Shown here: positions 26,744 through 35,018 of the stretch, in pieces
How the letters are laid out: each line of letters starts with the position of its first letter
Position numbering within the stretch: the stretch's first letter is position 1
Assembly (NCBI GenBank): GCA_045656825.1
Contig: JAZORY010000031.1
Location: 477 to 64,476, forward strand
DNA: 64,000 nt
Source of the DNA: Candidatus Avispirillum sp.
GTDB lineage: Bacteria > Bacillota > Clostridia > Oscillospirales > CAG-272
Reading direction: 5' to 3'
Position numbers and translations under genes: made by a program
The notes under the pieces: model-generated
The model's input: only the letters and a program-made list of their open reading frames with translations
The model's database searches: none
What the model was told of the DNA's origin: nothing

Positions 26744-27106
26744 ATGAAAGTCAGCGAAATAATAACGCTTATTGATAAATATACCGGAGAGCCTATCGAA
26801 AATGAATTGAAATACAGATGGCTTCAGCAAATCGAGGATATTATATACAATGAGGTTATATTAACTCATAAAAGTCCGATGCAGAAGCCATCACCGGTAA
26901 TAAAATCGGATAGAGAGCTTCTTTGTCCCGAGCCTTATAGTGAGCTTTATATTCACTATCTGAATGCGCAGAACGATCTGATGCTGCGTGATTCGCGTAG
27001 CTTTGAAAATAGCGCCTCCGCCTTTGCATCGGCATTTAATTCATATATAGATTGGTATAACAGAACGTACTCTCCCAAAGAGTTGGCAGGTGAGATAAAT
27101 ATATGA
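26744..27106 (+). CDS. Putative head-tail adaptor protein
   Basis: AGGAGG RBS; helical 120 aa with LL.PEPY.ELY..YL.A..D motif; position between capsid and tail genes. Confidence 0.55.
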   Translation: MKVSEIITLIDKYTGEPIENELKYRWLQQIEDIIYNEVILTHKSPMQKPSPVIKSDRELLCPEPYSELYIHYLNAQNDLMLRDSRSFENSASAFASAFNSYIDWYNRTYSPKELAGEINI

Positions 27107-28857
27107 GGATACCGTATCAAAGGAAAAGTGCCGAAAAGAAAAAAGTAGCTTACAGCTTCAAGGGATTGGACAGAAGAATAGGGGCTAAGGAAGAAAGCTT
27201 TTATGAGATGACGAATATGAGCGGTCGTGAAGACAATTGTATTTCGACAAGGCTCTTGCGAGGGAAAATAGATCTTGATGCAAATAAAATCACCTCATTT
27301 ATTTCAACCGATATTAAGCTTGAGGGAAAAACAATAGAAAATGCCTTTATTGTGTCCAGTGGGTCTAATTTGAAAGCGTATTATTACGATAATGGAGTTT
27401 TCAAAAGTAAGCTGCTGCTAACGTATTCCGGAATAACAAACGAAAAGAATAAAATAATCGCATCAGGCGGATATCTTTATTTTTTTCCTGATAACGTATA
27501 TATAAATTTGATGGACCTGACGGATAAGGGAAGATTGAATTCAAACACGGAGCTCCCCTTTGGTGCTGTGGACGATACGTTTTATGAAATTGAAATAACG
27601 TCTGTTGATAAAAAGGGTCAAGTTGCTGAGAGCGGTTCGGGCTACGTAAGGCTTATGTCAAAGAAATATAAATATTATAATGCTGAAAAGGGTGAATTTC
27701 TTTCAAATCATCATTTTGCTTATAATCTGAAAGTCGGCGATTACGTTAAGGTTGAAGGCAATCCCATAATTAACGGGCTTCATAAAATAGAATACGTGTC
27801 AGAATACTTTGATTATATAGTTGTTTCTGCATTTATTGAATCTGACGTTATACAAAGCGATAAAGCGCTTTTTATCAACCGGGATATTCCTCAGATGGAC
27901 TACGTAACAGCCGCAGGCAATCGTCTGTGGGGATGCAGATACGGAGCTGATAAGGACGGTAAGCCCATAAATGAGATATACGCCAGTAAGCTGGGGGACG
28001 GAAGAAACTGGTATACCTTTGAGAATATATCAACAGATTCCTACGTAGCCTCCTTAGGTGTTGACGGTGTATTTACGGGCGCAGTAACCTTCGAGGGTGA
28101 TCCTGTATTTTTCAAGGAGGACCACCTGATAAGAATATATGGAAGCACTCCCTCAGATTTCACCGTAATTACAAGTAATATAAGAGGTATTGAAAAGGGC
28201 AGCTCTGAAAGTGCGGTTATCGTAGACGACACACTTTATTATAAAACTTATAACGGAATTGTAGCGTATAACGGAGGGCTTCCATATAACGTTGATGAAG
28301 CGCTTGGCAGCGAGGAATATAAAAACGCGGTTGCAGGATGCAGAAACGGAGATTATTACGTTTCAATGAAGAATTCCAAAGGAGAATACGAGCTTTTTGT
28401 TTACAACACGGCAAACAGAGAATGGTATCGTGAGGATAATACAAGGGCTCTGGAGTTCTGCAGAAATGGCAGCGAATTATATATGCTTGTTGAAGGCGAT
28501 GATGGAAAGTCGCTCGTCAGTATGGGCGGTACGGGAGATACTGCCGGAGAAAAGGACGTAGAGTGGAGCATTAGCACGAGGATGGATTATATGATTCCGT
28601 ATAGAAAAGCTGTTAAAAGGCTTGAATTTAAGATGAGGCTGGATGAGGGAGCATTTTTTGTGGCAGAGATAAGCTATGATGAGGAAAATAAATGGCATAA
28701 AATATGCTCAGAGTACGGTAAAAAGGGAATAGTGTCCATTCCGATACGGCCGCGTAGATGTAACAGCTTCAGCATCAGATTCAGAGGGCGCGGCGGTTTT
28801 AAGCTAATATCTGTGGTAAGGACTATCACCGCAAACGGAGATAACGTAGGAGATTGA
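27103..28857 (+). CDS. Putative podovirus tail nozzle/DNA-stabilisation protein (P22 gp10/T7 gp12-like role)
   Basis: F.GLD start, beta-rich, NRLWGC...NEIYASKLGD..NW, DSY..S.G.DG.FTGA, FFKE, C-terminal IPIRPRRC. Confidence 0.6.
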   Translation: MRIPYQRKSAEKKKVAYSFKGLDRRIGAKEESFYEMTNMSGREDNCISTRLLRGKIDLDANKITSFISTDIKLEGKTIENAFIVSSGSNLKAYYYDNGVFKSKLLLTYSGITNEKNKIIASGGYLYFFPDNVYINLMDLTDKGRLNSNTELPFGAVDDTFYEIEITSVDKKGQVAESGSGYVRLMSKKYKYYNAEKGEFLSNHHFAYNLKVGDYVKVEGNPIINGLHKIEYVSEYFDYIVVSAFIESDVIQSDKALFINRDIPQMDYVTAAGNRLWGCRYGADKDGKPINEIYASKLGDGRNWYTFENISTDSYVASLGVDGVFTGAVTFEGDPVFFKEDHLIRIYGSTPSDFTVITSNIRGIEKGSSESAVIVDDTLYYKTYNGIVAYNGGLPYNVDEALGSEEYKNAVAGCRNGDYYVSMKNSKGEYELFVYNTANREWYREDNTRALEFCRNGSELYMLVEGDDGKSLVSMGGTGDTAGEKDVEWSISTRMDYMIPYRKAVKRLEFKMRLDEGAFFVAEISYDEENKWHKICSEYGKKGIVSIPIRPRRCNSFSIRFRGRGGFKLISVVRTITANGDNVGD

Positions 28858-28860
28858 TGA

Positions 28861-29058
28861 ATGAAGATAAGAGTTAGTGCGCCTCCGATTATGAAGGGCG
28901 ATAAATATGACGGCGATAAGCTGACCGCATGGCTTTATCAGCTTTCACTTGCTGTCAATATGGGCTTTGCCAATATCAATTATGATAATCTTAACGAGCA
29001 ATTAAGATCGGATATAGAAAGGGTGATAGATAACAAGGATGGCAACGAACAAGCTTGA
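28861..29058 (+). CDS. Small phage-like protein
   Basis: GGAG RBS; 65 aa, coupled to its neighbours; LTAWLYQLS..VN..FANI...N helical motif. Confidence 0.55.
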   Translation: MKIRVSAPPIMKGDKYDGDKLTAWLYQLSLAVNMGFANINYDNLNEQLRSDIERVIDNKDGNEQA

Positions 29059-29605
29059 ATATAGCACAGAGCTTAAAAATGATGCTGAAAAGTCCTATGA
29101 CGAATGGAAAAAGGATAAAGAGCCGAAGTTCAACGGAACCTATAAGGATGAAATTGATAAAACAAGAATAGCTCTTGAAAACAGAAATTTTGTCTATGAC
29201 GTCGATTCAGATGAAGCGTATAAAAAATATAAGGAAAGCGTTAAAAGCAGCGCAGAGCTTGCTTTAGCTGATGCGATGGGTGAGGCGGCATCACTCAACG
29301 GAGGCTATTCAACGTCATATGCGCAGCTGGCGGGGCAGGCAGCATATACCAACACTATGAAAAGTGCTGATGAAAAGGTGCTTGAGTTTTACAAAGAGGC
29401 ATACGATAGATTTTCAGATGAAACCGATAATATTGAGGACCGGTTGGATATTCTTCTGGAGATGGATGATGCCGAATGGGATAGATACGTTGATATGCTT
29501 GAGGAGTATAATGAAGAGGGTGAACGCCTCTTTGATCAGCTTAGAGAAATGTCTGACGAAGAATTTGATCGTTTCTATTCAATGTATAAGCTTTCAGTTA
29601 AATAA
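29039..29605 (+). CDS. Putative internal virion/DNA ejection-like protein
   Basis: Acidic helical protein with F.YD...D.AY..Y and AMGEAASLNGGYSTSYAQLAGQAAY; last gene of the module. Confidence 0.45.
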   Translation: MATNKLEYSTELKNDAEKSYDEWKKDKEPKFNGTYKDEIDKTRIALENRNFVYDVDSDEAYKKYKESVKSSAELALADAMGEAASLNGGYSTSYAQLAGQAAYTNTMKSADEKVLEFYKEAYDRFSDETDNIEDRLDILLEMDDAEWDRYVDMLEEYNEEGERLFDQLREMSDEEFDRFYSMYKLSVK

Positions 29606-29631
29606 AAAAACGCCCGATCGGGCGTTTTTTT
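29604..29631. terminator. Bidirectional terminator closing the virion module
   Basis: AAAAAAACGCCC-gatc-GGGCGTTTTTTT. Confidence 0.8.
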
Positions 29632-31327
29632 AAGGCTGAGCTATTTTGACAGAATCAATAAACTTCATAATAATATCTTCTCTTTCAAGCTCGTCTTCTA
29701 TGTACAGATGGACTATGTAATCAGGGGATATCTGTATAAGCACAGAATAATAGCCTTCTATTCCGCGAGGCTCTTTTTGCAGAAAATAAGAATAACGGTT
29801 TCCCTTTGAGGTGGTGCCTGTGAAGAATTCACTCATATATAATTCTCCGCCAATGAGCCTCCTTGAATTAGCTTCATCAAGTGTAACGTCAGCCTGAATC
29901 AATCTCATAACAGTCATTGCGCTTATGTAGCCCGGATAATCTGATTTGTCAAAATACTTAAAATATCTTCCGTCAGCACCGTTCCAGTGCTCAGGGATAT
30001 CAAAGCTTATGGTGATGGGCTCAAAATTAGTGAGAATTTCCTGATCTTGATAATCTGCATCTTCATCATAACCATAGCAAAATACAATTTTGTAGTTTTC
30101 GTTAGTAAATAAGAGATTATCAAAATCAACGACCTTAACGGGAGTTACGTTTATGATATCAACCTCGCCGGATTCTTTTCTAAGATGTAGGATGTATTCC
30201 GTTCCTGTTTTATCCTTGATGATAGTTTTGTTGTACGAAAGGAATTTTTCGGCTTCGTTAAAATTTTTGAACTTGATATTCAGGGCATATTCGTAGGCGT
30301 TTTTAGCTAATACCTCAAGCTTTGTTTGCTTGATAATTTCAATAACCTCGTCAGCAGTTTCATACGAGCTCACATTGTTTTGCCACTGTTCAGTCATAGG
30401 AGTCTGCATTTTGTCCATATCATTTCGGTAGAAATAATAGGGGAGATCATTATACAGCATAAGCTCGTCAATATTCAAAAACAGCTCTCCCGAATCAAAC
30501 CATACAGGATGAAGCTTTGACAGATCAAGACTGTACCATTTATTCCAAAGGCATAGATAATTCCAATAGTGTCTCGGCTCGGGAATAGTATACGTGATGG
30601 AGCTTGTATTTGTCGTGTAATCATATTCGTGATTTTCCGTGTACCCGTAAACCACAAAGGAGGGAATCCCTGCTTTTTTCAATAGAAGATCAAAGGACTT
30701 TGCCAAACCCTCTGAGTCGGAAACACCTTCTGTCAGGGTAGTGTAGATCGTTGTTGCTTCACTGTCATCAACCAGTCTGGTGTTTGCTATAAGATAGTCA
30801 ACTATTTCAAAAACGATTTCTTTGTCAGAAAGACCTGTTGGGATAGCAGAGATGATATCGTCTGCTCTTTTTATTATAGTATTATATTCCTTTTCGAAGT
30901 TCTCAGAATTAAAATCATCCGAAATCATAACGGCAGCAATTTTGTCTGCATCAGCGGTAAAGGTGATATTATCAAGTACATCGCTGTGTGTCGCAAAGTT
31001 GCCTCTGAAAATGTCCATAGCTATGTCAAAGGCTTCAACTTTTACACTCTGTTTAAGAGCTATTGATTTTGATGCCTCAGGTGAAGAGATCAACTTTGCA
31101 ATAGCTTCGTATATGACTTTCTCGCTGTTTGTAAGAAGATTATAAGAAGGGATACTCAGTGCATTTGGATAAGCCTTGCTTTTCCTCGTTTCCACCTCTG
31201 GAATTTTTTGAGGTTCAGTGTCGGCGGTTGTTGTATCTGTATCCGTATTGGAATTGGTGTTATCACAAGCGCCAAGCATTGAAAAAAGCAGAGCACACGT
31301 GATCAGGGCGATGATCAATCTTTTCAT
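29630..31327 (-). CDS. Lipoprotein with a degenerate transglutaminase-like domain
   Basis: AAGGAGG RBS, lipobox LGAC, T/D linker; DSEGLAKSFDLLLKKAGIPS...HYWN....NKWYSLD. Confidence 0.7.
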   Translation of the reverse strand: MKRLIIALITCALLFSMLGACDNTNSNTDTDTTTADTEPQKIPEVETRKSKAYPNALSIPSYNLLTNSEKVIYEAIAKLISSPEASKSIALKQSVKVEAFDIAMDIFRGNFATHSDVLDNITFTADADKIAAVMISDDFNSENFEKEYNTIIKRADDIISAIPTGLSDKEIVFEIVDYLIANTRLVDDSEATTIYTTLTEGVSDSEGLAKSFDLLLKKAGIPSFVVYGYTENHEYDYTTNTSSITYTIPEPRHYWNYLCLWNKWYSLDLSKLHPVWFDSGELFLNIDELMLYNDLPYYFYRNDMDKMQTPMTEQWQNNVSSYETADEVIEIIKQTKLEVLAKNAYEYALNIKFKNFNEAEKFLSYNKTIIKDKTGTEYILHLRKESGEVDIINVTPVKVVDFDNLLFTNENYKIVFCYGYDEDADYQDQEILTNFEPITISFDIPEHWNGADGRYFKYFDKSDYPGYISAMTVMRLIQADVTLDEANSRRLIGGELYMSEFFTGTTSKGNRYSYFLQKEPRGIEGYYSVLIQISPDYIVHLYIEDELEREDIIMKFIDSVKIAQP

Positions 31328-31382
31328 TTGAACCTCCTTATAAGCATTAGGGCGTGGAAATAAAATTCCCACGCCCTTAATA

Positions 31383-31757
31383 TTATTCTGAGTAAGCAGC
31401 TGCAAAAAGCTCTTTTATTCGATTTTGTTCACCCATCAGATGAAGATAGGCAAACAAACATTCAAAGCCTGTTGCGCGGCTATACTGCGCGTGGGTTGCG
31501 CTTTTTGGGGCAGAGTGCGTATTGTTTCTACCCCTTTTATAAACGCTCAGCTCATCGTCGTTCAGCATATGCTCAATTTTGGTGAATGCCTCACTCTGAG
31601 CAACAGCGGTAACGTATGTCAATGCCTTTGCATTTATCTCGCCGATGCCGCCAACGTTGCCTAGGATAAGCTTTTCTCGAACGAGCAGCTCGAGCACACA
31701 GTCTCCGAGATAGGCAAGGTAAGTTGTTGGCAGGTTAATTATTTCTGTTTTAGTCAT
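31383..31757 (-). CDS. mrnC: Mini-ribonuclease III
   Basis: LAYLGDCVLEL.VR, YVTAVAQS, KRGRN, YSRATGFECLFAYL. Confidence 0.9.
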   Translation of the reverse strand: MTKTEIINLPTTYLAYLGDCVLELLVREKLILGNVGGIGEINAKALTYVTAVAQSEAFTKIEHMLNDDELSVYKRGRNNTHSAPKSATHAQYSRATGFECLFAYLHLMGEQNRIKELFAAAYSE

Positions 31758-31758
31758 A

Positions 31759-34700
31759 TTATATCTTTCTCTTGATATATCGGTATTTAATCTTCTGGAA
31801 GCGGTTAAGACCTGCATAAACAGAAGCTGTTATATCAGCAAGGTATTCGGCAAGCATTGCATTTTCTTCAAATGTAAGTCCGTGTCCGAATTCTTCCTTC
31901 TGGATAATATTGAAAATTTCCTCTGCCTTGATTTTAGAAAGATCGCCATACGTGTTGGCAATTCGTCTGCCGTAATCGGTTGACAGCTCGCCTTTTTCAG
32001 GGGCAGCGCCGATAACCTCAAGGATATCAAAAATCTGGTCGTTGATCCTTCTTGCCATAGAATGTTTATCTGTCTTGGGATCATTCCAAACGTCAACGTC
32101 TCTTGCTCTTCTTATAAGATCGTATCTGTCTGCAAGCATGTTGACGCCTCGGCGTATAAATCGTTTGATCAGCAGTCTGACGATAAAGCCGATAAGGATA
32201 GCTGCGGCAACAGAGGATACAACAATAATAAATTTCTGAATCTCCGTAATCTCATCAACGTATTCGTCTTCGAAGTCATCACCGATATGGTCGTCTTCAG
32301 TAGGAGGCGGAGGCGGTGTAGAGTTGCTTTGATCATTGGGGTCAACGGGTTCGATCGTAGCACTGTCGGGATTGTACATATCGTCGTAATAAGCAGGTGT
32401 TGTTTCATAGGGAAGCCAGCCCATTCCGTCGTAGTAAACCTCTATCCATGCATGAGCGTTACTGTCAAGAACCGCAGCGTTGTAAGCACCGTATTTATCG
32501 GTGAAGTCCGTTGCGATATACCCTTCAACAAATCTTGTAGGGATACCCATTTCGCGCAGAATAGCGCAAGCAGCCGTTGCGAAGTGAGAGCAATATCCCT
32601 CGCGCACGTCAAATATAAACGCGTCAAGTATGCTTCCTGCTCCGGGATAAAGGGCTTCATTGGGAGTAATTGTATATTTGCAGTTGTCCTTTAAGTAGTT
32701 TATAACCCTTAGAATAAGCTGATGCTTTTCTGTTTCAATCTCAACCTGAGCTGCTTCATAAATCTCAGCTGCAAGATTCTCGATTTTTTCGCTGCCAAAG
32801 GGGGTTAGGTAGTTGCTTGCAACGAATTCTCTGTATGAAAGCTCAGTCTGAACACTTGAATCAAAGGATGCTCTTTCAGATTCTGACATAACGTTGAAGT
32901 ATCTGTCAACCAAGCTTGTTCCGATATAGGTGATGCCGTTTTCCTGAAGAGAAAATTCGTATTCAAGAATTCCGCTGTCGATTGTTTCCTTATCAGCATC
33001 GCGGAGCTTTTCAATAGCTGAGAGAGAAGCGTTGTAATAGGCAATCGCATTTTCAAGCTCTGCCGAAAAACCTTCTCTGTTCATTCTGGTGATGTAAGAG
33101 ATTGAAGCATAAGCATCGCCTGCTTCGAAAAATCTTGATGAATAAATTCCCTCATAGTAGTTGGAATATTTCTTCATTATGGGGTCAAGCGTTTGCTTTT
33201 CGAGAAGACCGTGATCAATATCCATTGAATAGGGAACAAACATCAGTCGGCTGTAACCAAGATTTCTGAAAACTGAAACGGACTGCATGGTAAATCCGAA
33301 TTTGCTGAAATTTTTGTAGATTTCAGCTTCTGTGATTTCCGCCGTGGAAGGATAAACGTATTTTTTGAAGGACGTGGAGATCATATCCGGAGTAAAGCTC
33401 TCTCCGAATTGCTGCCTATATGTAAGAACCTTGTCATAATCGGCACCGGTCCAGGTGTCTGAATAATAATCAAAGGAGTCAGCTGACCATCCCTTCAAAT
33501 ATACGTTATTGTCAGACGTGGTAGTAACAGAAAACGTTTGCACGTCCTCGTATTCCAGCGGGGCAAAGGAGAGCTTTCTTGGAGTCAGCTCTTCAATACC
33601 GTAGCCTGAAAGGTCGTTTAAGTCGATGTCGTTACCGGAAAGATATGCAGTAACGTAGTAGTTTGCGATATTGACCTTGTTGTAAACAGGCTCGATCTTA
33701 GCAAAGGGTCCATTAACAGCCAATGCGGGCAGACCTGCAATGAGCAGAGCGAGAACTGCTGTTCCTATTCCCGCAATACCACCTGCTGCTGAAACAAGAT
33801 CGCTGCGATGTCGAGCTTCTTTCTTTTTAGCCTTGGCATCAGCCTTTGCGGCTTTTTTGAGAGATTTAAGATTTTGCTTGCTTTCAATTCTTGCATTTAG
33901 CTGAGATTTGGCGTTAAGATCGTTTTTTGATAACGATTTAAGCCTTTTGAGCTCAGCTCTGTCGGCTTTTCTGTCAAGCTTTTTCTGCTTCTTTTCTGCC
34001 TTACGACGTCGCTTTTCGGATTTTTTATCATTCTTTTTTGCAAGCTTGTGAGCTTTGAAAACAGCTTTTCCTGCAAGTCTTGATTTTTTTGCACCCATGT
34101 CAGCCTTGAGAGCCGCCATAAGCATTTTGTCAGCTTCCTCACGAAGAGCCTTCTTTTCTTCTTTTATCAAAGCTCGCTTAGCCTTTTTAGCCTCGCGCTT
34201 TTCAATACGAAGTCGTATTCTTTCGTTTTTTCTTTCAAGTCCACCGGCAAATCTGTAATCGTAAATGTAAAGCGTAAGCGTTGCAACGATGAAGGCTACG
34301 CTGAATACAAATCCGATTGTGCCTTTTGATAGATTAAACATCAAGGTTGGTCCGAGGAATAAAACACAAACGGGAGCTATCAGAAACAGGCGAACTTTTT
34401 TCATCATTGAGAAGCCTATCATAGCTCCGATAACAAACGTTAGTATGAAAACTCCGCCGAGACGCAGATTGTCGCTTGAAACGTAAGCTGCATTGGAGTA
34501 ATCGTAGGCTTCCTTTATCATATAGTCGCTGAAATACATATACCCTCTGGAGATCATAGTGTATATGCAGTAGTTGTAAATTCTTACAACAGAATCGATG
34601 ATATAATCAAAGGGATTTCCGTATGATATAGCACATATGCCGAGGTATGCTGCAACAAACGAAGGGAAGGCTATAAACGGCGCTGCTCTGTTGTATGAAG

Positions 34701-35004
34701 CGAACCCAAAAACGGCGGATATAATAAGAGCTGCGAGAGCAATCATACCAACGGGAACGTAATAACCGCTCCAGTAGATTTCGTTATATGTCAGCGCAAA
34801 GAAATCCGCAACAAAAGCGCTGATACCGAAGGTACCCATAAACATAATAATTGCTCTGAGGGATATGCCAATGATCCGTGAAGCTGTTGTACTTATCTCC
34901 GCAGGAGAATAAATGATATCCGTAGGGGGCGTTCTCTTGGGTCTTTTGTTTTTAACTTTAGAGCCTTTTATGGTGCTGAGGAGCTTGTTAATAAAATTTC
35001 TCAT
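31759..35004 (-). CDS. Multi-pass membrane transglutaminase-domain protein (TgpA-like)
   Basis: N-terminal TM helices; GYCSHFATA...MGIPTRFVEGY...HAWIEVY..GMGWLPYETTP with the catalytic Cys and His intact. Confidence 0.88.
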   Translation of the reverse strand: MRNFINKLLSTIKGSKVKNKRPKRTPPTDIIYSPAEISTTASRIIGISLRAIIMFMGTFGISAFVADFFALTYNEIYWSGYYVPVGMIALAALIISAVFGFASYNRAAPFIAFPSFVAAYLGICAISYGNPFDYIIDSVVRIYNYCIYTMISRGYMYFSDYMIKEAYDYSNAAYVSSDNLRLGGVFILTFVIGAMIGFSMMKKVRLFLIAPVCVLFLGPTLMFNLSKGTIGFVFSVAFIVATLTLYIYDYRFAGGLERKNERIRLRIEKREAKKAKRALIKEEKKALREEADKMLMAALKADMGAKKSRLAGKAVFKAHKLAKKNDKKSEKRRRKAEKKQKKLDRKADRAELKRLKSLSKNDLNAKSQLNARIESKQNLKSLKKAAKADAKAKKKEARHRSDLVSAAGGIAGIGTAVLALLIAGLPALAVNGPFAKIEPVYNKVNIANYYVTAYLSGNDIDLNDLSGYGIEELTPRKLSFAPLEYEDVQTFSVTTTSDNNVYLKGWSADSFDYYSDTWTGADYDKVLTYRQQFGESFTPDMISTSFKKYVYPSTAEITEAEIYKNFSKFGFTMQSVSVFRNLGYSRLMFVPYSMDIDHGLLEKQTLDPIMKKYSNYYEGIYSSRFFEAGDAYASISYITRMNREGFSAELENAIAYYNASLSAIEKLRDADKETIDSGILEYEFSLQENGITYIGTSLVDRYFNVMSESERASFDSSVQTELSYREFVASNYLTPFGSEKIENLAAEIYEAAQVEIETEKHQLILRVINYLKDNCKYTITPNEALYPGAGSILDAFIFDVREGYCSHFATAACAILREMGIPTRFVEGYIATDFTDKYGAYNAAVLDSNAHAWIEVYYDGMGWLPYETTPAYYDDMYNPDSATIEPVDPNDQSNSTPPPPPTEDDHIGDDFEDEYVDEITEIQKFIIVVSSVAAAILIGFIVRLLIKRFIRRGVNMLADRYDLIRRARDVDVWNDPKTDKHSMARRINDQIFDILEVIGAAPEKGELSTDYGRRIANTYGDLSKIKAEEIFNIIQKEEFGHGLTFEENAMLAEYLADITASVYAGLNRFQKIKYRYIKRKI

Positions 35005-35018
35005 AAGATCTCCTCCGC

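Larger units (their letters stand above)
24563..29605 (+). mobile_element. Phage-derived virion structural module (podovirus-like) lacking packaging, integration, replication and lysis genes
   Basis: Seven tightly packed co-oriented ORFs including a recognisable N4-gp56-type capsid, bounded by host-like genes. Confidence 0.8.

Noticed and set aside
24377..29640. Complete prophage or att-flanked element
   Set aside because: No integrase, terminase, portal, lysis genes, tRNA target or flanking direct repeats were found by eye
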